Below are positions 8,831-15,372 of a DNA stretch of 32,000 bases, piece after piece (positions within the stretch are counted from its first letter, which is position 1; each line of letters begins with the position of its first letter). The notes beneath the pieces are model-generated. The model worked only from the letters and a program-made list of their open reading frames with translations, was not told the origin of the DNA and made no database searches. The stretch spans positions 521,692 to 553,691 of the forward strand of contig JAISKJ010000003.1 in assembly GCA_031260975.1 (NCBI GenBank), given 5' to 3'. This DNA comes from Christensenellaceae bacterium (GTDB lineage: Bacteria > Bacillota > Clostridia > Christensenellales > UBA1242). The translations under genes and the position numbers were made by a program.

Positions 8831-8859
8831 AATAAAAAGCCTTCTTCAAAAAGAAGACT
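8831..8859 (-). terminator. rho-independent terminator downstream of tRNA-Leu
   Basis: The minus strand reads AGTCTTCTT-tttg-AAGAAGGCT followed by TTTTTATTT. The stem has one mismatch. Confidence 0.45.
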
Positions 8860-8883
8860 TTATGTTTAATATTGCAAAGTAAA

Positions 8884-8973
8884 TGGTGCTGGTGGCCGGA
8901 GTCGAACCGGCACGGGCGTTTAACTTCCCGAGGGATTTTAAGTCCCTTGTGTCTACCATTTCACCACACCAGC
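8884..8973 (-). tRNA. tRNA-Leu (anticodon TAA)
   Basis: The reverse complement folds with acceptor GCTGGTG/CACCAGC, anticodon arm AGGGA-CTTAAAA-TCCCT, a long variable arm, T-arm GCCGGTTCGACTCCGGC, and encoded CCA. Confidence 0.95.
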
Positions 8974-9102
8974 ATAAAATTATTATTTTTTTCGCTTTTG
9001 TACCTTATTCCTCCTTAACGAATGATATTTTTGCTAATGCTCAAATGATATTGAAACATTGTTTCAATGATATTAAGTAAAAGACTTTTTACTTAATTCA
9101 CA

Positions 9103-9178
9103 TGGTGGAGATAATCGGGCTCGAACCGACGACCTTTTGAATGCCATTCAAACGCGCTACCAACTGCGCCATATCCCC
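9103..9178 (-). tRNA. tRNA-Ala (anticodon GGC)
   Basis: The reverse complement GGGGATATGGCGCAGTTGGTAGCGC... has anticodon arm TTTGA-ATGGCAT-TCAAA. It also has the G3:U70 Ala identity pair and an encoded CCA. Confidence 0.9.
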
Positions 9179-9230
9179 AAAACATGAAATGAGCTTCCTT
9201 TTTGTTTTTTGGCTTCTCACTTGTTTGATT

Positions 9231-9259
9231 ATTTTAGCATAAAAATTCAAAAGATTCAA
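9231..9259 (-). promoter_or_regulatory. candidate promoter for tRNA-Ala/tRNA-Leu
   Basis: The minus strand reads TTGAAT (9259-9254), 17 nt ending in TGc, then TAAAAT (9236-9231). It lies about 50 nt upstream of tRNA-Ala. Confidence 0.35.
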
Positions 9260-9539
9260 TCCTTTTTTGAGTTTTTTCTTAGGTTTTACCGCAAACCCTG
9301 CGTTCGGGGCATCAGACTGTTGGGTCGCGGCTCTTTTTACTATTTTTTGCTGACCAAAATGGTGAAAATTTGTAATTTTAAATCAAGATTCATCTTAATT
9401 TTAACCTTAGAAAGTATTGTCACATATAATGTCTAAAAAGGGTATTTACTGCCGATTTTATATACTGTCTACATAGCTTCTTCCGGTTCATTCGGGTTTT
9501 CCTGTTTATGCTTGGATGGTTATGTAAAGGAGTTATAAA

Positions 9540-9980
9540 ATGTATAATGAACATGAAAGAGACAGACACGGCGGTGGCAATGGCGGCAGCGGTGGGCCCA
9601 ACCATAACAGAGACAGAATATTTAACAGGGCTTTTATAGACTTTAATATGTGCGGAAGAATGAGGGTTTTTGAAAGCAACATCGTTGAAACCACCAGAAT
9701 TGACATTGCTGTTGAAAAATCGCAGTCTAACCCACTTATATTTGACGGTGATGAGCATGAATATACTGTTAAAGTTATAAACAAGAGTATGCTGGATATT
9801 GACAATGTTCACTTTAAGGACTTTCTTGATGACGGTCTTGAGTATGTAGCAGGCAGTTTTAAGGTTGATGGACAGAGTGAGGATCCCAAAATGGTCGGCC
9901 ATGAACTTTCGTATGATATCAAAAAGCTGCACGCAAGAAAAGAAGCAATTCTAGCCTTCAGAGTAAAAATGCACCACTAA
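9540..9980 (+). CDS. small DUF11-like (conserved repeat domain) protein with Gly/His/Asn/Arg-rich N-terminus
   Basis: This is the only convincing plus-strand CDS. It has RBS AAAGGAG 8 nt before the ATG and its own terminator. The C-terminal beta-rich segment EYTVKVINKS...NVHFKDFLDDGLEYVAGSFKVDG resembles the DUF11/TIGR01451 pattern. The family call is from memory only. Confidence 0.6.
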   Translation: MYNEHERDRHGGGNGGSGGPNHNRDRIFNRAFIDFNMCGRMRVFESNIVETTRIDIAVEKSQSNPLIFDGDEHEYTVKVINKSMLDIDNVHFKDFLDDGLEYVAGSFKVDGQSEDPKMVGHELSYDIKKLHARKEAILAFRVKMHH

Positions 9981-9988
9981 AAATAAAG

Positions 9989-10012
9989 TCCGCCTGAAAA
10001 GCGGATTTTTTT
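9989..10012 (+). terminator. rho-independent terminator of the DUF11-like gene
   Basis: TCCGC-ctgaaaa-GCGGA is followed by T7. Confidence 0.75.
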
Positions 10013-10031
10013 ATTTGTGCTTATGAAGATT

Positions 10032-10106
10032 TGGAGGCGCCACCCGGATTTGAACCGGGGAATGAAGCTTTTGCAGAGCTTTGCCTTACCACTTGGCTAT
10101 GGCGCC
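10032..10106 (-). tRNA. tRNA-Cys (anticodon GCA)
   Basis: The reverse complement GGCGCCATAGCCAAGTGGTAAGGC... has anticodon arm AAGCT-CTGCAAA-AGCTT, T-arm CCCGGTTCAAATCCGGG, and encoded CCA. Confidence 0.95.
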
Positions 10107-10141
10107 GTAATATAATATATGCAACATTTAAGTGTATTTCT

Positions 10142-10169
10142 ATTATACCTTTTATTCCTTTTTTGTCAA
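10142..10169 (-). promoter_or_regulatory. sigma-A promoter for tRNA-Cys
   Basis: The minus strand reads TTGACA (10169-10164), 16 nt, TATAAT (10147-10142). It lies about 35 nt upstream of the tRNA 5' end. Confidence 0.6.
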
Positions 10170-10260
10170 GAAAAAAGCCCGAAATAGATTGAAGATTTTG
10201 GCATAGTGCAAAATATTATGTCGCGAGGGCGTTCCCCACACCGGCAACGGCGCCACTGCC

Positions 10261-10296
10261 ATACAAAAAATGAGCCATAAAGCTCATTTTTTGTAT
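10261..10296 (-). terminator. rho-independent terminator after the 38-aa ORF
   Basis: It has 15-nt complementary arms, ATACAAAAAATGAGC / GCTCATTTTTTGTAT, around a 6-nt loop. Both arms include A/T runs. Confidence 0.7.
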
Positions 10297-10301
10297 GAGG
10301 G

Positions 10302-10418
10302 TTAACGACCTCCCTTTGAAGAAGTGTGCTTAGTGCCCTTTTTGTCACATGCTTTGGTGCTACTCATCGTTTTGCCTGAATAAGCTTTTGTGCTTGAGCT
10401 TGACGAAGCTTTAGTCAT
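10302..10418 (-). CDS. 38-aa Ser/Thr/Lys-rich hydrophilic peptide (MTKASSSSSTKAYSGKTMSSTKACDKKGTKHTSSKGGR), unknown function
   Basis: It is below the ORF-track size cut-off. AAGGAGG lies 9 nt before the ATG, the stop is TAA, and a strong terminator follows 6 nt later. I recognise no family. Confidence 0.5.
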   Translation of the reverse strand: MTKASSSSSTKAYSGKTMSSTKACDKKGTKHTSSKGGR

Positions 10419-10620
10419 AAAATCGTTCCTCCTTTTGTTTTCGTAATCAAAAGAATTTATTATTGATATTCTTTCGACTTACACGATTAGCAGGGTTTCC
10501 TGCTGATATTAGTTTTTGCCGATAAGCCCCTGTTATACCCCCAAAACCATGGTATTTTTTGCCAACTATATAGAGTCCTTTAAGGCAATTGTTTTGTAAT
10601 ATAAAGGCTTAAGCACCCTT

Positions 10621-10652
10621 AGAAAAACAAAAGACTGCATTTATGCAGTCTT
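10621..10652 (-). terminator. rho-independent terminator after yloV
   Basis: The minus strand reads AAGACTGCA-taaa-TGCAGTCTT followed by TTGTTTTTC. Confidence 0.7.
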
Positions 10653-10681
10653 TCCTATTTTCTTTTCCTTTGCCCAACAAT

Positions 10682-12319
10682 TTATTCAACAGATATTATA
10701 TAATAGTATACAGGTTGTCCGCCCATCAACACCGACACTTCGCATTGAGGATACTTTGCTGCCAGCGTTTCTTTCAGCGCTTCGGCGTCCTCTTCTTTTA
10801 TGTCGTTTCCGTAGAACAATGAGATATTCACGGTGTTTTTGTCAACAAGCTTACCTACAAGCGCTTCGGTTGTGGGTGTAACCTGCGCGCCTTTTGTGAC
10901 AATCGAGCTCTTGTCGAGCCCAATAATTTCGCCTGTTGACAGGTCAAAGCCATCAACATGAGTGTCTCTTACGGCATAGGTTACCGAACCGGTCTTGACA
11001 TGTGATATTGATTGCATCATTGCATCGGTGTTGTCTTCAATATTACTTTCTTCATTAAAGGCAAGGCAGGCTGATATGCCTTCAGGTACGCTCTTTGTAG
11101 GAATTACGATTACATTTTTATTGGTTAGAGCCTTACATTGTTCAGCAGCCAGAATGATATTCTTATTGTTGGGAAAGATAAATACATTTTGGGCGTTTAC
11201 ACGATCTATTGCATCTGCAATGTCGTTGGCACTTGGATTCATGGTTTGTCCGCCTTCAATGATATGGTCGACCATAAGGTCCTTAAACAGTGCTGCCAAC
11301 CCTTCACCCGCGGCAACTGATACCATTCCGTACTGTTTCATAGGCTCACTTGCCTGACTTGCATTTTTAAGTGCCCTTACCTGCTCCAGCATGTTTTCGA
11401 TTTTCATGTTGGTAAGCTCACCAAGCTCCAGCGCAAAACCCAGTGCGCGGTTAGGTTCGTTGGTATGCACATGAATTTTTATAAGCTTGAGATCACCCAT
11501 ACAAATAACCTCGTCCCCGATGCTCATCAAACGTTCTTTCAGCTTGTCGATATCACTTTCAGTGGTGCGTTTGTGCAGATTTACAATCATAAACTCGGTG
11601 CAGTAAGCAAATTCAATCGAGCTAAGGTCGGCCAGATTGGCGTGGAACTTTTTGATACGCTCAAAAGCGTCAACCGGATCGTTAAAATCCAGCTTAACCG
11701 AGTCGTCATTGATAATAACTTTATAAAATCCGGTAAGAAGTATTAAAAGTCCGCGTCCGCCCGCATCAACAACGCCCGCTTTTTTCAAAACCGGCAGCAT
11801 ATCGGGGGTCTGAGCCAAAATCTCCTCACCCTTTTCAAGAATAACCTTGAAGAATTCTTCAAAGTCGCCTATTTTTTTACAGGCCTCAAGCGAAAACTCC
11901 GCAACCACACGGATAACCGTTAGCATTGTGCCTTCTTTGGGCACAGTAACGGCTTTATAGGCGATATCTGAGCCCTCTTTAAGCGCTTTTGCAAAGGTTT
12001 TTGTGTTGAGCGTGTCGTGCTGCATCATAACAGAGGCGATACCCTTTAGTATCTGCGACAAAATAACACCTGAGTTGCCTCGCGCACCGCGCAACGCCCC
12101 CTTTTGAAGGGCTTCACCCAGAGCGTCTAGGTTGTTGTTAGTACATTCATTTATATATTTCATGGCTGACTTAAACGTCAAATTCATGTTGGTTCCTGTG
12201 TCACCGTCCGGCACCGGATATACGTTTAGAGCGTCCACATAATCTTTATTATTTTCAAGCAGATTTCCTGCTGCCAATATCATTTTTCGAAAAATAGCAC
12301 CATTTATTGTTTTTTGCAC
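10682..12319 (-). CDS. yloV: DAK2 domain fusion protein YloV
   Basis: It has the DAK2 motif DGDTGTNM near the N-terminus and a YloV-type C-terminal domain. The start was moved to GTG 12319 (6 nt after AGGAGAG), which removes the overlap with the Asp23 gene. Confidence 0.9.
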   Translation of the reverse strand: MQKTINGAIFRKMILAAGNLLENNKDYVDALNVYPVPDGDTGTNMNLTFKSAMKYINECTNNNLDALGEALQKGALRGARGNSGVILSQILKGIASVMMQHDTLNTKTFAKALKEGSDIAYKAVTVPKEGTMLTVIRVVAEFSLEACKKIGDFEEFFKVILEKGEEILAQTPDMLPVLKKAGVVDAGGRGLLILLTGFYKVIINDDSVKLDFNDPVDAFERIKKFHANLADLSSIEFAYCTEFMIVNLHKRTTESDIDKLKERLMSIGDEVICMGDLKLIKIHVHTNEPNRALGFALELGELTNMKIENMLEQVRALKNASQASEPMKQYGMVSVAAGEGLAALFKDLMVDHIIEGGQTMNPSANDIADAIDRVNAQNVFIFPNNKNIILAAEQCKALTNKNVIVIPTKSVPEGISACLAFNEESNIEDNTDAMMQSISHVKTGSVTYAVRDTHVDGFDLSTGEIIGLDKSSIVTKGAQVTPTTEALVGKLVDKNTVNISLFYGNDIKEEDAEALKETLAAKYPQCEVSVLMGGQPVYYYIISVE

Positions 12320-12344
12320 TTTTATCTCTCCTAATAACCGAAAA

Positions 12345-12695
12345 TCAAACCCTAACGCCAACTACTTTGACATTTACGGTCTCTACTATCATTCCTGTAA
12401 ACTTTTCTACGTTATACTTTACAGTGTTACGGATACTTTCAGCAGTAGCGTTTATCGCTACGCCGTATTTGAGTATAACATAAAGTTCGATGGTGATTCG
12501 GTTTCCATTTGTTACAATTTTTACCCCTCTGTTGAGAGGAACTTTTTTAAATACTTCGGGAAAAGTGTCGCTTGCCTTGCTATTTACCAAGTCTACAACG
12601 CCGTAACATTCAAGCACGGTAAAACCAGCCACAACAGAAATGGCTTCGTCGCTGATTGTAATGTCGCCGTATGCATTGGAAGTTTTTAAAGACAT
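12345..12695 (-). CDS. Asp23/Gls24 family envelope stress protein (YloU-like)
   Basis: It is 116 aa and Asp23-like throughout (ISDEAISVVAG...VNVKVVGV). It forms the conserved pairing upstream of yloV. Confidence 0.85.
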   Translation of the reverse strand: MSLKTSNAYGDITISDEAISVVAGFTVLECYGVVDLVNSKASDTFPEVFKKVPLNRGVKIVTNGNRITIELYVILKYGVAINATAESIRNTVKYNVEKFTGMIVETVNVKVVGVRV

Positions 12696-12969
12696 AAGGA
12701 CACCCTTTTTTTGGTTTTTTTAAGTAAATGTGTTACACGAAGGTAACACATTATATATTACTATATTTAAAAAATTAGCGCAACAAAAATAAGGGGGAAA
12801 ATGCCATTTTCTTTTTTTTTCAGGCGGTATATAAGTATTATTGAGTATTTTTGTGGCCTCATCTGACTGTGTAGTGTGTGAGGAGGCCGCGAAGCGGCCG
12901 AAGCCTTAGTGATAATTATTCACATCACTGCCCTATAAAAAGCGATACTTAATGCACCGCCGGTGCCCT

Positions 12970-13059
12970 TTATTCGGAGGTTTTTATGTAAGACCTTCGG
13001 AATATGATTTTGAGCAGGAACGATAAGCATTTGGGGGACTTGAAACAGTATATTCTCAT
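12970..13059 (-). CDS. spoVM: SpoVM-like 29-aa peptide (MRIYCFKSPKCLSFLLKIIFRRSYIKTSE)
   Basis: It is not in the ORF track. AAAGGAG lies 6 nt before the ATG. It aligns with B. subtilis SpoVM (MKFYTIKLPKFLGGIVRAMLGSFRKD) at M1, Y4, K7, P9, K10 and L12, plus an amphipathic basic tail. As I recall the Bacillus map, spoVM also lies just upstream of the Asp23/yloU gene. Confidence 0.45.
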   Translation of the reverse strand: MRIYCFKSPKCLSFLLKIIFRRSYIKTSE

Positions 13060-13119
13060 ATTGTTCTCCTTTTGTGTGTCTTTAATCTGTTACTATCATA
13101 TGAAGGATTTTTTATGGAA

Positions 13120-13208
13120 GTGCGGTTTTGCCTGCCGCGCCGGCGCGGCAGTGCGCAAGCCAAAGCTTGCGCTGCAGAAACCTGTAGGGTTTCTGTGCAA
13201 AACCGCAC
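13120..13208. repeat. cloverleaf (four-way junction) repeat, copy A
   Basis: The outer stem is GTGCGGTTTTGC/GCAAAACCGCAC. Hairpin 1 is 13132-13151 (CTGCCGCGCC|GGCGCGGCAG). Hairpin 2 is 13153-13172 (GCGCAAGC-caaa-GCTTGCGC). Hairpin 3 is 13174-13196. Confidence 0.85.
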
Positions 13209-13236
13209 AAAAAAGGAACCTGATGTTCCCTTTTTT
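13209..13236. terminator. bidirectional rho-independent terminator (ends the rsgA-rpe unit on minus)
   Basis: A6, GGAAC-ctgat-GTTCC, then C T6. It directly abuts repeat copy A. Confidence 0.7.
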
Positions 13237-13266
13237 CATTTATAATTTATCATGCAAAGTTCTCTT

Positions 13267-13350
13267 GTCATTGCAGGAGTGCGCCCGACGCAGAAATTTT
13301 ATGATTATGCTTCAATGAGATTGCTTCGTCACTTCGTTTCTCGCAATGAC
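13267..13350. repeat. inverted pair of the GTCATTGC...GACG[A/C]AG short motif
   Basis: The plus-sense copy GTCATTGCaggagtgcgcccGACGCAG is at 13267-13293. The opposite-sense copy is at 13317-13350 (minus sense GTCATTGCgagaaacgaagtGACGAAGCAATCTC). The 10-nt termini ttgtcattgc/gcaatgacaa are exact inverted repeats. Confidence 0.6.
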
Positions 13351-13357
13351 AAAGTCC

Positions 13358-14014
13358 TCACTTCTTAAGCTTTTTAATCGCCTCACCCCTATCAACTGCT
13401 GAATATAGGTAATTACCTACCACCACAATATCAGCGCCTGTTTTCTTTATATCAGCTATATTTTTGTTATTTACTCCGCCGTCAACCTCAACAAGAACAT
13501 CGTCAAGGCCAAGTTCACCAAGCTTCTTTTTAATTTGTGCTATCCTGTCAAGTGTCCCCGCAATAAACTCCTGTCCGCTTTTTCCTGGCTCCACGCTCAT
13601 AACAAGCACCATACCGACATAGCCTAAAATCGGCCAGAGTTTTTCAAGCGGAGTATTCGGCTTTATTGAAGCCGACGGAATTGCCCCGAGTTTAGCAATT
13701 TTCAGAAGCGTTTTAATTACCTGTTTTATATCCTCAAAAGCTTCCAGATGGATTGTTACAATGCTTGCCCCTGCCCTAATATATTGTTTTACGTCCTTAG
13801 GCTTTTTGACCATAAGGTGCACATTCAGCGGAATTTTAGTTACTTCGGCAATTTTCTTTGTTATGTCTGCCCCAAATGTAGTGGCAGTAACAAACTTGCC
13901 GTCCATGATGTCACAATGGATATAATCCACATCCAAAGCATTTAGCTCCTTTATATATTCAAGCATATCCTCAGGCTTTGGAGGGTTTGTAGAAGGTGCA
14001 ATCTTTATATTCAT
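13358..14014 (-). CDS. rpe: ribulose-phosphate 3-epimerase
   Basis: It is full-length Rpe-like (HCDIMDGKFV, VMSVEPGKSGQ, VDGGV). The RBS AAGGGGGAAAG precedes the ATG. Confidence 0.95.
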   Translation of the reverse strand: MNIKIAPSTNPPKPEDMLEYIKELNALDVDYIHCDIMDGKFVTATTFGADITKKIAEVTKIPLNVHLMVKKPKDVKQYIRAGASIVTIHLEAFEDIKQVIKTLLKIAKLGAIPSASIKPNTPLEKLWPILGYVGMVLVMSVEPGKSGQEFIAGTLDRIAQIKKKLGELGLDDVLVEVDGGVNNKNIADIKKTGADIVVVGNYLYSAVDRGEAIKKLKK

Positions 14015-14035
14015 ATCTTTCCCCCTTTTGTATTA

Positions 14036-14998
14036 TCATTTAGAGCGCGAAGTTCGCGGAAGTCCCCTCTTTTTCAGTTCTTGAAAGATTTTTATGTATC
14101 TTTCATACCTATCCTTATTTATTTTCCCTGTTTTCACTGCCTGTTTTACGGCACAAATGCCCTCATCCTCATTTATATGCATGCATCCTCTATACTTGCA
14201 GTTAAAAGCTTCAAATTCGCTATAATAATACCGTAGCTCGGTTTCATCCACTTTCAGGTCTATTAGGCTGAATCCCGGAGTGTCGGCAATTCTTATGTTG
14301 CCGTGCAAAAATATCTCTGTATGCCTTGTGGTATGCTTTCCGCGGTCTACCTTAGCACTCAGCCCGTCGGTTTTTATGTTTGTGCCGAGTAAGGCGTTAA
14401 GAAGCGTACTTTTTCCCACTGCTGATTGGCCCGCAAGCGCTGTAATTTGATTTTTAATAATAGAGGTAAGCTGCTCCAGATTTTTGCGGTTTTGTGATGA
14501 TAAACAAACAATGTCATCTACCACATTCTTATATCCGCTTATAATTTGCTCTATTTCCTGTTCAGTCATCGTGTCAGTCTTACTTATGCACAAAATAGGT
14601 TTTATATTATGTATCATACAGTTTATAATCAGCTTATCAACCAGCACAAAGTCAGGGGACGGGCTTTTTGTGACCATAATGACAAGGCAGTCTATATTAC
14701 TTATAGGCGGGCGGATAAGCACATTTTTACGAGGATAAACCTTTGTAATATTGGCGTTGCAGACAGTAATGGCTTCGCCGCCGTCAGCAAGTTTGTCAAA
14801 CTCTACATGGTCCCCAACCAAAACCTTGCCGCAATAGCCGGAGATATTTTCGCGGGGGCCTTGTTTGTCGCTTTGCTTAAGCTTGCCTTGAGCCGATGCC
14901 AAAAAACTCACACCCTCACCGCCTGCGTCCTCGCAAAATACCGTATATAAATTTGCAATATTTTTTATAACTAACCCTTTTATACTGTTTCCCTCCAA
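14036..14998 (-). CDS. rsgA: ribosome small-subunit-dependent GTPase A
   Basis: It has a circularly permuted GTPase with GQSAVGKSTLLNAL and DTPGF, plus the C-terminal Cys/His zinc cluster CKYRGCMH...C. The start is ambiguous; see the findings. Confidence 0.9.
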   Translation of the reverse strand: MEGNSIKGLVIKNIANLYTVFCEDAGGEGVSFLASAQGKLKQSDKQGPRENISGYCGKVLVGDHVEFDKLADGGEAITVCNANITKVYPRKNVLIRPPISNIDCLVIMVTKSPSPDFVLVDKLIINCMIHNIKPILCISKTDTMTEQEIEQIISGYKNVVDDIVCLSSQNRKNLEQLTSIIKNQITALAGQSAVGKSTLLNALLGTNIKTDGLSAKVDRGKHTTRHTEIFLHGNIRIADTPGFSLIDLKVDETELRYYYSEFEAFNCKYRGCMHINEDEGICAVKQAVKTGKINKDRYERYIKIFQELKKRGLPRTSRSK

Positions 14999-15044
14999 TG
15001 TTTTTCACTTACTATTTTTATGTATTCTTTTTTGCTTTTATTTT

Positions 15045-15212
15045 CTAATCCTTTTTATTTTTCATATCTTTTTTGGCAGCCTTTCTTTTTTTGAATAAAG
15101 AAACTAACCAACTCACAAAGCCGGCAACAAGCATTATTCCAACGATTACCACTATTATAAACCAATCGTTTCCGTTACCGGGAATAGAAACCCATAATCC
15201 TAATGTTCTAAT
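15045..15212 (-). CDS. possible small membrane protein or gene remnant with no canonical start codon
   Basis: An open frame encodes ...GLWVSIPGNGNDWFIIVVIVGIMLVAGFVSWLVSLFKKRKAAKKDMKNKKD*. AAGGAGG (15228-15222) is followed after 6 and 9 nt only by ATA and ATT. No ATG, GTG or TTG is in frame. Confidence 0.25.
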   Translation of the reverse strand: MRTLGLWVSIPGNGNDWFIIVVIVGIMLVAGFVSWLVSLFKKRKAAKKDMKNKKD

Positions 15213-15328
15213 TATTAATGTCCTCCTTAATATAATAAACCAAACCTTGTTCGCAGTTTCATTTATAAGTTATTTGTCGCGTATGCCGATTTTGGTTGTT
15301 TTAACCATTGTATATTGTAGTTATTTGT

Positions 15329-15362
15329 CTTTTTTATCCCTGACATATCGTAGTCGCAGTTG
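15329..15362. repeat. degenerate duplicate of the rlmN 3' end (direct repeat, distal copy)
   Basis: It is 29/34 identical to 20774-20807 in the same orientation. The core GACATATCG[T/C]AGTCGCAGTTG matches at 20/21. Confidence 0.8.
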
Positions 15363-15372
15363 TTTCCGTATG

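Noticed and set aside
9010-9016. A strong AAGGAGG on the minus strand between tRNA-Ala and tRNA-Leu.
   Set aside because: No start codon or ORF follows before the tRNA-Leu gene, so it is a chance match.
9420-9932. Minus-strand ORFs of 170 and 90 aa overlapping the DUF11-like gene.
   Set aside because: The plus-strand gene has the RBS, terminator and domain-like sequence. The minus frames have none of these.
10166-10348. A 60-aa minus-strand ORF.
   Set aside because: It runs through the terminator hairpin and is out of frame with the RBS-linked 38-aa ORF.
10440-10680. A search for sporulation-type (sigma-F, G or K) promoters upstream of the 38-aa ORF. GTATA...GGCAAAAACTA was one candidate.
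   Set aside because: The spacing and -10 matches do not fit the consensus patterns as I remember them, so no promoter is called.
12976-12991. A GGAGG-N5-ATG-TAA start-stop mini-ORF on the plus strand.
   Set aside because: The GGAGG is simply the antisense of the ACC-TCC-GAA codons at the end of the SpoVM-like ORF. There is no independent support.
13004-13318. A 104-aa plus-strand ORF. The 139-aa ORF at 26055-26474 is the same case.
   Set aside because: Both are largely translations of cloverleaf repeat copies A and C (..CGFACRAGAAVRKPK.., ..AVLPAVHARQRMKPK..). They have no RBS, and the second is antisense to ligA.
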